Below are positions 17,896 to 25,285 of a stretch of DNA of 33,226 nt, piece by piece. Position 1 is the stretch's first letter; the number at the start of each line of letters is the position of its first letter. A model generated the notes under the pieces. The model made no database searches. It was not told the origin of the DNA and saw only the letters and a list, made by a program, of their open reading frames with translations. The position numbers were made by a program, and so were the translations under genes. This stretch comes from a virus (Duplodnaviria > Caudoviricetes): positions 1 to 33,226 of the IMG/VR virus record IMGVR_UViG_3300032301_000465, one strand, 5' to 3'.

Positions 17896-18978
17896 TTAAC
17901 CGTATTTTTCTACGAACTTTGCCTTAACTTTATCATCAATTTTCGCATAACGCTGCGTAATCGTGGTAGGTCGATGGCCAAGAATCGAGCCGATGACAGC
18001 CTCTGACACGCCTTCGTTAACCAAAAACGAGGCAGCAGTATGGCGCAACTGCCTTGGGCTAATCGTGTCTATCCGTGCCGCCTGACATGCCCTGCCAAAG
18101 GCCTTGCGATATGTCTGGTGCAGGATCTCGCCTTTAGAACGCCAGAGGCTGCCGGTAGCCACTTTTTTCATAAACGGCTTAATCGCCGCTCTGGCTCTTG
18201 GGCCAATCAGGATTTCAAGGACATGGCCTCTATGCCGGCCTTTGTGCTGCACTGGCCGGTAAACCCATGGCTCGTGATCGGTTAGGATTTCCTCGGCCCG
18301 AATCGCCAGAGCATTCTCGGTTCGGCACCCCGTGTACAAATGTAGTACAAAAATTGGCCGCCATGCTTGAGGCAGTTTTAGGTAAATGCGCATTAACTGA
18401 TGCGGTGTAACTGGCTGCATAATCTTTGGCGCAGGCGCATCGCCAGGGCGGAGCCGGTCCCAACGAGAGAGCCGCAAAAACTGGTTAGTGTCCACCCACT
18501 CGCGGCTTTCACCGTAGGCGAATGCTCGGATGATGCGAGCTATATATTCGTGCACGGTTTTTCTAGCTTTGCCAGCCGTGACCAGATAATCACGAATTTG
18601 GTAAATGTGGTTTCGGTTGAAATCCTTGAGCGGGGTCCGATCCAAGGCAAGTTCATCAAGAACCTTGTGGGCACGCTGGCAGACCGCAAACTCACCAGTA
18701 TGCTTGCCGCTTACCTTACGGCATCGCTTATCCACATCAGCAAGCCAGAGGTTCATCAGCCCACCAATCGAAGCAGGCGCATCAACCCTAGCTGGCGTGG
18801 CTCTAGTATCTTTGATAAATTCTGCTATCCAATCCTTGTATGCCTTATCACATTCTGCAGTTCCGTGCAGTCCAAGGTAGGTCTGCCGGCCAGTGCGCGG
18901 GTCAGTAACGATCCCGCGACCAGAGGCCTTGTGCATACAAAGTTTCGGCAGCCTGCCGCTTTTTTTGTATTTGGTCAT
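17896..18978 (-). CDS. int: Tyrosine integrase
   Basis: LYTGCR, QHK, RQLRH, LGH, RYA catalytic set; N-terminal arm-binding-like region; adjacent att site. Confidence 0.93.
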   Translation of the reverse strand: MTKYKKSGRLPKLCMHKASGRGIVTDPRTGRQTYLGLHGTAECDKAYKDWIAEFIKDTRATPARVDAPASIGGLMNLWLADVDKRCRKVSGKHTGEFAVCQRAHKVLDELALDRTPLKDFNRNHIYQIRDYLVTAGKARKTVHEYIARIIRAFAYGESREWVDTNQFLRLSRWDRLRPGDAPAPKIMQPVTPHQLMRIYLKLPQAWRPIFVLHLYTGCRTENALAIRAEEILTDHEPWVYRPVQHKGRHRGHVLEILIGPRARAAIKPFMKKVATGSLWRSKGEILHQTYRKAFGRACQAARIDTISPRQLRHTAASFLVNEGVSEAVIGSILGHRPTTITQRYAKIDDKVKAKFVEKYG

Positions 18979-19036
18979 TTTTTTTGTACGATTCAGAGGC
19001 CGTCATCCATGACCTAAGTACTTGCTGCGAAAGGAT

Positions 19037-19081
19037 TCGGGGCGACAGGATTCGAACCTGCGACTTCTTGGTCCCAAACCA
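19037..19081 (-). other. attP core: 3' part of tRNA-Pro(UGG)
   Basis: Minus strand TGGTTTGGGACCAAGAAGTCGCAGGTTCGAATCCTGTCGCCCCGA = anticodon loop, T arm and acceptor 3' strand; about 60 bp upstream of int, same orientation. Confidence 0.9.
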
Positions 19082-19265
19082 GAGTACCAAAAAAGCTTGT
19101 GTCCCCGAAAACACTTAAAAACAAGGCTTTTCCCAAGCAATTAACTGTACGCTTACAAAATCTCAAACGAAAATTTATCTTTGTTTTTCCCGCATTTTGT
19201 TTGTACACAAGTCAATTTTTTGTACGTTTTGTACAGTGTTGCTAAGTGCCAAGAAGTCGCAGGTT
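19055..19265. repeat. Perfect 17-bp inverted repeat, one arm inside the att core
   Basis: AACCTGCGACTTCTTGG (19055-19071) and CCAAGAAGTCGCAGGTT (19249-19265). Confidence 0.9.
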
Positions 19266-19343
19266 TTTTATTTTTATGTGCAAGAATCAATCGTCTTACT
19301 GCAATGTACATTTGTACAGTTGTGTCAGTTTGGGAGCAGGCCA

Positions 19344-19628
19344 GTGTTAAAGGTTTCTCAAGTAGCCTGCCAACTTAATGTTGGCCATCAAACAGTTTTG
19401 GACTGGATCAGTAGGGGGGTCAGAAGTCCAGACGGTAGCTACAGGCAGCTACAAGCCATTAAAAGTGGCAGATCATGGCGCATTACAGAGCAGAGCCTAG
19501 AAGATTTTCTATCGTCCAGCGACGAAATAGAACCACCGAAACCGACCAGACTTAGCAAGAAAATCCAAAAAAAAATTGAGGCAGAACACAAGGAGTTCAA
19601 AAGACTTGTGGCAAAAACGGATTGGTAA
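19344..19628 (+). CDS. Excisionase-like HTH protein
   Basis: LKVSQVACQLNVGHQTVLDWISRG..LQAIKSGRSWRITEQSLEDFL; GGGAG SD before GTG; divergent from int. Confidence 0.82.
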   Translation: MLKVSQVACQLNVGHQTVLDWISRGVRSPDGSYRQLQAIKSGRSWRITEQSLEDFLSSSDEIEPPKPTRLSKKIQKKIEAEHKEFKRLVAKTDW

Positions 19629-19696
19629 ACTGATTGCTGGCTGGTTCTTTTTTAAAAAATACGCTTGTTTCCTTTTGTAACCCAGTATACATTTTC

Positions 19697-19808
19697 CTCC
19701 GTGGGGCAAACCAAGGGCACAGCCCAAGCATTGCCAATCTGGGCATAATTCTCCACTCCACGGAGTGTTTATGACACCTAAAGTTTTTTTAAGCCTCACC
19801 AGTGAGGC
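19697..19808 (+). other. Structured non-coding leader with alternative pairings
   Basis: CTCCGTGGGG/CTCCACGGAG outer stem, inner GCCCA..TGGGC stem, competing CACTCC-AC-GGAGTG, then GCCTCAC-CA-GTGAGGC. Confidence 0.4.
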
Positions 19809-19824
19809 GCGGGGAGCGTACGGC

Positions 19825-19980
19825 ATGAAAGCACCGCTAACCATGAGCAGAATCATCACCGGCATTCTGCTGATTTTGCTGGCCGCATCCGCTGGATGTT
19901 CGGCCATGCGCTACGAGGTTCAAGTCAGTTATTCACCCGCAACGGATTGCGACATAACAGCGCGGATTTACCGCAACTAA
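19825..19980 (+). CDS. Small putative lipoprotein
   Basis: RIITGILLILLAASAG-C signal and lipobox-like; GGGGAG SD. Confidence 0.55.
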   Translation: MKAPLTMSRIITGILLILLAASAGCSAMRYEVQVSYSPATDCDITARIYRN

Positions 19981-20034
19981 CCTCGGCACTTGTTCACAAG
20001 TACCTAGGTTTGCCAACTAACAGGAGGTTAGAGA

Positions 20035-20298
20035 ATGCTCTGCATCACAGTGACAACAGGCGAGCCATTTAAAATCACACATCGAGGAGTTGAGATATGG
20101 GTAAACATCGAGAAATCGTCGCCGACGAAAAGCAAAGTCAGGATAGTGGCACCACCAGCAGTGACAGTTCAGCGCAAAAAGTTCAGATCTGCGCCTGCTG
20201 GCGCTGCGGGTCAATCTTATCTGGAGCCTATGGCTACGGTTCAGACATCTGCGGCTCATGTTACCGAGCCGAAAACTCTGACGACTGAGGGCAGATAA
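20035..20298 (+). CDS. CsrA/RsmA-like RNA-binding protein (divergent)
   Basis: MLCIT...GEPFKI...KSKVRIVAPPAVTVQR aligns by eye to MLxLTRxxGExxxI...VRxGIxAPxxVxVxR; AGGAGG SD. Confidence 0.65.
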   Translation: MLCITVTTGEPFKITHRGVEIWVNIEKSSPTKSKVRIVAPPAVTVQRKKFRSAPAGAAGQSYLEPMATVQTSAAHVTEPKTLTTEGR

Positions 20299-20300
20299 CT

Positions 20301-20489
20301 ATGAGTTACGAACAGGTACTAGCAGACACCATGTGGTCAGAATGGTTTGTTGACCAGCGCATCGAGTCAGCAGTGCGCAGGCTACTGGCAGCAACCGAGC
20401 AGTGCCAGGATCAACTAGAGAACACCCGGCGTGGGGCGTTGGTTTCGCAGCAGGGCACGCCACCTGCAGCACATTCAAGGATGATTTGA
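20301..20489 (+). CDS. Hypothetical protein
   Basis: GAGGG SD, tight packing. Confidence 0.5.
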   Translation: MSYEQVLADTMWSEWFVDQRIESAVRRLLAATEQCQDQLENTRRGALVSQQGTPPAAHSRMI

Positions 20490-20492
20490 AAA

Positions 20493-20822
20493 GTGAAAAA
20501 ATTTTTAACTCTTGCTGCTGTTTTTGCGGTAGCCGCACAGGCTGATGCCGGTGTGTTTTACCGCAAGGCAACTTCCACTGTGGTAGCACCAGCGGCCACG
20601 GCAAATGGTGACACTAGCACAGCGCAGGGCGTTGCCGTGCTGATTGTTTCCACTGGCCGCTTCCGCCACTTCGGCGGCTACAACGGCTACGAAGGCATCG
20701 GCATGGGTGCAACGCAGGCACAGGCTGAAGCCAACTGCTGCTACCGTGGCCGCCTGCTGCCTCGTGAGCGAGGATTTGCGCAGATGGCAAACGGCCTATG
20801 GGTTTGCGTCTGCAGGTATTAA
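20493..20822 (+). CDS. Secreted Cys-containing small protein
   Basis: Signal peptide MKKFLTLAAVFAVAAQADA; HFGG..YEGIG..NCCY..CVCRY. Confidence 0.7.
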   Translation: MKKFLTLAAVFAVAAQADAGVFYRKATSTVVAPAATANGDTSTAQGVAVLIVSTGRFRHFGGYNGYEGIGMGATQAQAEANCCYRGRLLPRERGFAQMANGLWVCVCRY

Positions 20823-20828
20823 CGAACC

Positions 20829-20921
20829 ACACCGTCGTCTAAACGCCATCGCATGATGCGAGATAAGAACCCGGTTTACCTGTGTTCCGGGGAATGGTGG
20901 TAGTGGCAGTCCACCCGGTGT
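20829..20921 (+). ncRNA. tRNA-shaped cloverleaf RNA with expanded loops (not a canonical tRNA)
   Basis: ACACCG/CGGTGT; TCT/AGA with inserted TCGCA-TGA-TGCGA; CCCGG/CCGGG; GAAT; GGTGG/CCACC; fills an intergenic gap. Confidence 0.55.
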
Positions 20922-20938
20922 TTTTCTGAGGAGGTTTT

Positions 20939-21040
20939 ATGGCTGGTCACATCGCAGCAATCCTCCTGGTCATTTCAATGGGCGTGTTTGCGGGCGTTTC
21001 AATTTATCTTTCGTCTTTTGAGGGGAGGGGTCGTCGATGA
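20939..21040 (+). CDS. 33-aa single-pass membrane peptide, not in ORF track
   Basis: GAGGAGG SD; MAGHIAAILLVISMGVFAGVSIYLSSFEGRGRR; ATGA overlap with next gene. Confidence 0.65.
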   Translation: MAGHIAAILLVISMGVFAGVSIYLSSFEGRGRR

Positions 21041-21789
21041 GTACTGCGTTGGTTCCAGTTAATGGCGAAATTCAGCCGCGTGATGTCATGCTGCGAAATC
21101 AAAATGTGGCGAATGCCTGCCGGGAAATCGTGCTGCGCTGCAGCGTGATGCTGCAAGGCAAAAAATATATTCAGGCTGAAGGCTGGCAGGCACTAGCCAA
21201 CCTGAGCGGTTACTCACCACGCATCGATGAGGTGCAGGAACTCGACAACGGCGACTGCCGGGCTGTGTGCAGTCTGGTGCGGCTGGACGATGGCCAGATT
21301 ATTGCCAGAGCTGAGGGCTATGTCGGCACTGATGAGCGCACCTGGGCCAATCGTGCACGCTACGCACGCCGAGCCATGGCGCAGACCAGAGCCACATCGA
21401 GAGCCTGCCGTTCTGCTCTGGCGTTCTTGGTGCCGCTGATCGATGCCAGCCTGAGCACTACGCCTGCCGAGGAAATCCCAGTCGAAGTCGCTCACATCGA
21501 GCCGGTCGAGGATATGCCGCCAGTGCGCCACCCGATGGACCGGCAGCCTGCCGACTACAACCTGATCACACCGAAGCAGCGCGGGATGCTGAAGATGCTG
21601 ACCAAGGATTTGGACGCAGGCCAGCTAGCGGAACTGGTGACCCGATTTGGACCGAGCGACAAGCTGGACAAAAAAGGCGCTTCGGCTGTTATTGAATTTC
21701 TCAAAGGCGGCGGACTGACTCAACAGCCAGCTCAATCTGACGATAACTACGACCCGTTCAGCGGTGATGCGGAGCCAGCCAATGGCTGA
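21037..21789 (+). CDS. Putative single-strand annealing recombination protein
   Basis: YIQAEGWQ..RAMAQTRATSRA..TPAEEI; C-terminal ITPKQ..ASAVIE helical domain and acidic DPF tail. Confidence 0.55.
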   Translation: MSTALVPVNGEIQPRDVMLRNQNVANACREIVLRCSVMLQGKKYIQAEGWQALANLSGYSPRIDEVQELDNGDCRAVCSLVRLDDGQIIARAEGYVGTDERTWANRARYARRAMAQTRATSRACRSALAFLVPLIDASLSTTPAEEIPVEVAHIEPVEDMPPVRHPMDRQPADYNLITPKQRGMLKMLTKDLDAGQLAELVTRFGPSDKLDKKGASAVIEFLKGGGLTQQPAQSDDNYDPFSGDAEPANG

Positions 21790-22063
21790 TTTGAAAGCTG
21801 ATCGGTCTGAGTATTGGACTGATGAAACCAGCCCAGACATCGCTGAGTGCAGATCTCTGTATCTGCCATCGGCGCTGCGCCTACGGGTGTGCCACCACTG
21901 CGGGCGAGGTATTGTCACCGGCAACTGGCGGCGCTGGCGACAGGTGGCAACTCTGGTTGACCAGCGCTATCTGGTCGAGATGGGACCGTTCCTAGCTGGT
22001 CGGCCAGTCTGCAAAGAGTGCTGGGAAGTTTGGGTTTTAGAACAGAACACCTCCAGAGGATGA
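21782..22063 (+). CDS. Zn-finger hypothetical protein
   Basis: CHHC...CKEC; GGAG SD. Confidence 0.55.
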   Translation: MADLKADRSEYWTDETSPDIAECRSLYLPSALRLRVCHHCGRGIVTGNWRRWRQVATLVDQRYLVEMGPFLAGRPVCKECWEVWVLEQNTSRG

Positions 22064-22066
22064 CAT

Positions 22067-22426
22067 ATGCAGGGTGATTTGTTCACTACTGATGCCTACG
22101 GTGCGCCTATCGCTAGGGTTTTCGAGGCGCAGAAGAGCGAGAGCCGGAAGGCACGCGGCATGTCTGCAGCCGCTGAATCACGCAGCGGCGTGCTGGATTT
22201 AGCCAGGGTGATTGCTCGTGAGTTGTGCAGCAGCCAGGGCGAATGCACTGCCGACGATGTCGGCGAACTGCTCTGGCAGCGGCACCAGATCAAGACTTTG
22301 GGGCCGGCGGCTGGATCGCTGTTTAAGTCCGGCGAGTTTGAGCCCACAGGCACCATGCGGAAGTCGGCGCGCAAAAAGAATCATGCGCGGCTGTTGTTTG
22401 TTTGGCGGTTGAAGGCAAGGAGTTAG
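22067..22426 (+). CDS. Hypothetical, probable winged-helix protein with N-terminal QGDLF
   Basis: TADDV..GPAAGSLF..VWRL; GAGGA SD. Confidence 0.55.
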   Translation: MQGDLFTTDAYGAPIARVFEAQKSESRKARGMSAAAESRSGVLDLARVIARELCSSQGECTADDVGELLWQRHQIKTLGPAAGSLFKSGEFEPTGTMRKSARKKNHARLLFVWRLKARS

Positions 22427-22428
22427 CA

Positions 22429-23268
22429 ATGCAGCAAGATCTTTTTTCAACAGGTGAAATCGATGAATCAGTTGAAGCACTGAAGTTCATCCCTTTGACT
22501 TCTGCTGAAAAGGTTCTCGATGCGAGGATCATTAAACCAACCGCAGATGGAATTGTTACTTGGGGTGATGGTTTTGTAACTGATTTGAATAATCCATTAG
22601 GACCAATGCGACATTTAGCCAGACATATTGCCTGGGACTTCATGAATTCAATGAGGCCTTATGAAATAAGTGCTGATGTTAGTGGGGAAAAATATTGTGA
22701 ATGTAAGAATCTTGGATGGTTTAATTTTCGATTAAAAACAGGTTACAAAATGTTTTATATACCAGCAAGAATATTTTCAAATAAAAACCAAACAGCTTCT
22801 GCATTCCATACAATACTTTGGGATATTTATAGGCCTGAGAAGCGCATTTACAGCATTGATCACATGGATGGAAATCCAAGTAACAATAATTTTTGCAATC
22901 TTAGAATGACAAAAAACAATAATTGGAACAGTTGCTGGAATGTTTACAGTATACCAGGCGTACAGTATAACAATTGTTTAAAAAAATGGATTGGTAAGAG
23001 TTCTAGGGTGAGAGGACCATATAGATACGCAGAGCTTTTGGCAGCAAAGGACCGAATTTACATTTTGCGCAATAAACCTCAATGCGAACCGTCAGACATC
23101 GAAGCATTTTTACGCAGAACTTTAACAGCTCTGGCATACCGAGAACGTAATTGTGTTAACGCATTGGGCAAATCAGTCCCATTAGAAGATCTAGACGTTG
23201 GTGTTCCTAGTTGGCTCTCGTACCCTGCAGAGCACTTTTTAAAGCATCAGCCAGCGCGGCAATCCTAA
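22429..23268 (+). CDS. HNH homing-type endonuclease (AT-rich insertion)
   Basis: IDHMDGNPSNNNFCNLR followed by AP2-like PGVQY..KKW; markedly AT-rich; AAGGAG SD. Confidence 0.7.
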   Translation: MQQDLFSTGEIDESVEALKFIPLTSAEKVLDARIIKPTADGIVTWGDGFVTDLNNPLGPMRHLARHIAWDFMNSMRPYEISADVSGEKYCECKNLGWFNFRLKTGYKMFYIPARIFSNKNQTASAFHTILWDIYRPEKRIYSIDHMDGNPSNNNFCNLRMTKNNNWNSCWNVYSIPGVQYNNCLKKWIGKSSRVRGPYRYAELLAAKDRIYILRNKPQCEPSDIEAFLRRTLTALAYRERNCVNALGKSVPLEDLDVGVPSWLSYPAEHFLKHQPARQS

Positions 23269-23302
23269 TTCTAAAATCAAGCAAGGTTGAGGAGCTAAAC
23301 CC

Positions 23303-24115
23303 ATGAACTGGATCAAAGTCCGCACGCATCTGGCAACGCATCCGCATGTTGTCCGCATTGCGTCCGCATTGTGTCTGCCATCTGTCCACGTATTGGGCGC
23401 ACTTGTTCACCTTTGGTCCGTTGCAGACAGCCATGCCGATGGTGATTTGCTGCGGAACATGACGCCGGCGGCGCTGGATCGCATGACAGAAACGCCAAAT
23501 CTGACGCAGGAGCTGTCACAAGTAGGCTGGATAGTTGGCACACCAGAAGGGCTGCAACTCGTTAATTACCTAGCACATAACGGCGCTTCAGCTAAACGGC
23601 GAGCATCCGAATCCAAGCGCAAAAATGATGTCCGCAAAATGTCCGCATCGTGTCCGCATCCGAGCGGAAGTTCTGCGGGCCTAGAGAAAGAGAAAGAAAA
23701 GAATAATAAGAAGAAGAAGGAAAAGGAGCAGGACACATCACAAATCGTCCTGACCTACCCCACAGATGGACCAGAAGACAGCTACGACCTGCGCCAGAAT
23801 CAAGTCAACGCATGGTGCGCAGTTTACCCAGCTATAGACATTGTTTTAGAATGCCGCAAGGCGCTGTTGTGGGTCGAGGCCAACCCGGACAATCGCAAGA
23901 CGGCAAGCGGCATGCCGCGCTTCCTTCTTAATTGGCTCTCTAGAGCGACGAATACACCAAGGCCGACCAAAGCTCCCACCTTTTTCGATCGTGCGCCAGA
24001 GCGCAAATTAAAGCCATTGGCGAGTGAGATGATGTCGCCTGATTTGGCGGCTGAAATTTATGGCGAAATTAAACCCGGTCAAGGCGTTCAGCGTCTGGAG
24101 GTGCGACATGGGTAG
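23303..24115 (+). CDS. Replication initiator protein
   Basis: MNWIKV..L..HP.V, GALVHLWS.AD, HNGASAKRRA, lysine-rich linker, RFLLNWLSR; contains iterons. Confidence 0.8.
   Translation: MNWIKVRTHLATHPHVVRIASALCLPSVHVLGALVHLWSVADSHADGDLLRNMTPAALDRMTETPNLTQELSQVGWIVGTPEGLQLVNYLAHNGASAKRRASESKRKNDVRKMSASCPHPSGSSAGLEKEKEKNNKKKKEKEQDTSQIVLTYPTDGPEDSYDLRQNQVNAWCAVYPAIDIVLECRKALLWVEANPDNRKTASGMPRFLLNWLSRATNTPRPTKAPTFFDRAPERKLKPLASEMMSPDLAAEIYGEIKPGQGVQRLEVRHG
23318..23390 (+). repeat. Iteron-like cluster 1 (GTCCGCA, 11-bp period)
   Basis: Exact at 23318, 23351, 23362; degenerate at 23340, 23373, 23384. Confidence 0.7.
23630..23728 (+). repeat. Replication origin candidate: iteron cluster 2 plus A-rich tract
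   Basis: GTCCGCA at 23630, 23641, 23652; partial inverted copies near 23664 and 23674; purine/A-rich 23683-23728. Confidence 0.75.
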
Positions 24116-24758
24116 TAATGCAGTGATCGAGCGGCTGGGCACCACTCGTTGGTCAGATCTATTTGCGGCTTTGTTTGGTGCCAACTCTCCAGAGTGGCAG
24201 CGAACGCTCGGCACCTGGGCGGTGTTGTTCCACGCCGAAGGCAGATCTAACTCGGAGTTAGTGTCGGCGCTACAGGCAATCAGCCGACACAATCCGGTGC
24301 CGCAGTTCCCGACTCAGTTTCTTGACGCGCTGCGCAGTGAATTGCGGCGGCAAGATTTATCGATCCGCGAGGCCACTGAAAAATCCCGCCTGGCTGAACT
24401 GACGAAGGCAACCCGGTGCCACCGCTGCGGCGACTGTGGCTGGGTGATTGGTCTGCCACATGTTGAGTTTGTGTCTGGGCCTGAATGGCTAAAACCTCGG
24501 CGCACCATGGCGGTGACTTGCGACTGCGGACTAGGCCGGCATGTGCACGGCAAATGGACCACCGCACAACCAGACCCCAAGCAGGTGATGTCATTCAGTG
24601 AATACGAGTGCCGCAACCCGCACAGGCAGACGCACATAGAGTTGCGCCGCGTCGAGGTGGCAGCCGAGATGGCGACATGGGAACAGGAGCATGGGCAGGC
24701 GAGTTGGAAGGCGACAGTCGAGGCGATTATTAGGAGATACCAGAATGCTGACGGATGA
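24108..24758 (+). CDS. Replication-associated Zn-finger protein (possible helicase loader)
   Basis: Follows initiator; CHRCGDCGW..CDC; GGAGG SD. Confidence 0.55.
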   Translation: MGSNAVIERLGTTRWSDLFAALFGANSPEWQRTLGTWAVLFHAEGRSNSELVSALQAISRHNPVPQFPTQFLDALRSELRRQDLSIREATEKSRLAELTKATRCHRCGDCGWVIGLPHVEFVSGPEWLKPRRTMAVTCDCGLGRHVHGKWTTAQPDPKQVMSFSEYECRNPHRQTHIELRRVEVAAEMATWEQEHGQASWKATVEAIIRRYQNADG

Positions 24759-24954
24759 GCAGCGCAAGCGAGCTGACCAGATCTTGGCCGACTTGATGAG
24801 CGTGGTGCGCGAGTCATGTGACGAGGAGATAGAGCGCCTGCGGTTAGCCATCGAGATGCACCAGCGGCACAGTCTGCAGATGCTTATTGAAGATCCAAGA
24901 ATTCGCTTGAGCGAGGCAGATTATGAACTCTGGAAAGTGCTGGGTGATGTGTGA
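24745..24954 (+). CDS. Hypothetical protein
   Basis: AGGAG SD; EIERLR..LW motif. Confidence 0.55.
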   Translation: MLTDEQRKRADQILADLMSVVRESCDEEIERLRLAIEMHQRHSLQMLIEDPRIRLSEADYELWKVLGDV

Positions 24955-25057
24955 TGTGGAATCCAATGCAATGGATTCTGTTTGTTGTCGAGGTTGTCGA
25001 TTTCTTAGATGGAGAAATGGCCGGTTGGCTCAAAAAGAAAGTAGTAAGAGGTAGGAA

Positions 25058-25285
25058 ATGGAACCAGAAGTTGAAAGATACACGCACGAATTTGGCCATG
25101 AGTACGCATGGGTATGGCAAGGAAAAATCCTTGGCACAGTTGCGCCAATACGCAAGGGCCAGCCAACGAAATGGCGAGCCATGGTGAACTCTAGGGTGGT
25201 CGGCGTGTACACCGGGGCGAATGGCCGAGTGGTGGCGATGCAGGCGGTCAGGCATTTCAGCAAACATCTGTGGGTGAACCAATGA
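25058..25285 (+). CDS. Hypothetical protein
   Basis: GAGGT SD; overlaps an alternative ORF 24954..25187. Confidence 0.5.
   Translation: MEPEVERYTHEFGHEYAWVWQGKILGTVAPIRKGQPTKWRAMVNSRVVGVYTGANGRVVAMQAVRHFSKHLWVNQ

Larger units (their letters stand above)
18983..19318 (+). repeat. Seven TGTAC(A/G) direct repeats around attP (candidate arm-type or Xis sites)
   Basis: Copies near 18983, 19145, 19200, 19219, 19228, 19304, 19311; five are TTTGTACR. Confidence 0.65.

Noticed and set aside
18400-19017. 205-aa plus-strand ORF opposite int, and other long antisense ORFs such as 8777..9385 and 24314..24817
   Set aside because: Shadow ORFs of well-supported genes, with no motifs or SD
19037-19107. Functional tRNA-Pro gene
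   Set aside because: D stem absent, acceptor and anticodon stems mismatched; better explained as att core
19200-19318. CRISPR-like or tandem array from TGTAC repeats
   Set aside because: Repeats only 6-8 bp with irregular spacing; no CRISPR array seen in the window
19703-19765. c-di-GMP-I riboswitch suggested by GGGCAAACC
   Set aside because: No GNRA-capped stem or following GACGCAAAGC-type junction
19509-19907. Minus-strand ORF as the missing repressor
   Set aside because: No HTH pattern; overlaps xis and the lipoprotein gene on the other strand
23253-23277. Sixth copy of the promoter motif before the initiator gene (AGCGCG-N13-TAAAAT)
   Set aside because: Only 4/6 match and wrong spacer; the -10-like box may be real but is not counted
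24954-25187. Hypothetical CDS
   Set aside because: Coupled start is plausible but it overlaps 25058..25285 by 130 nt; unresolved, so not listed
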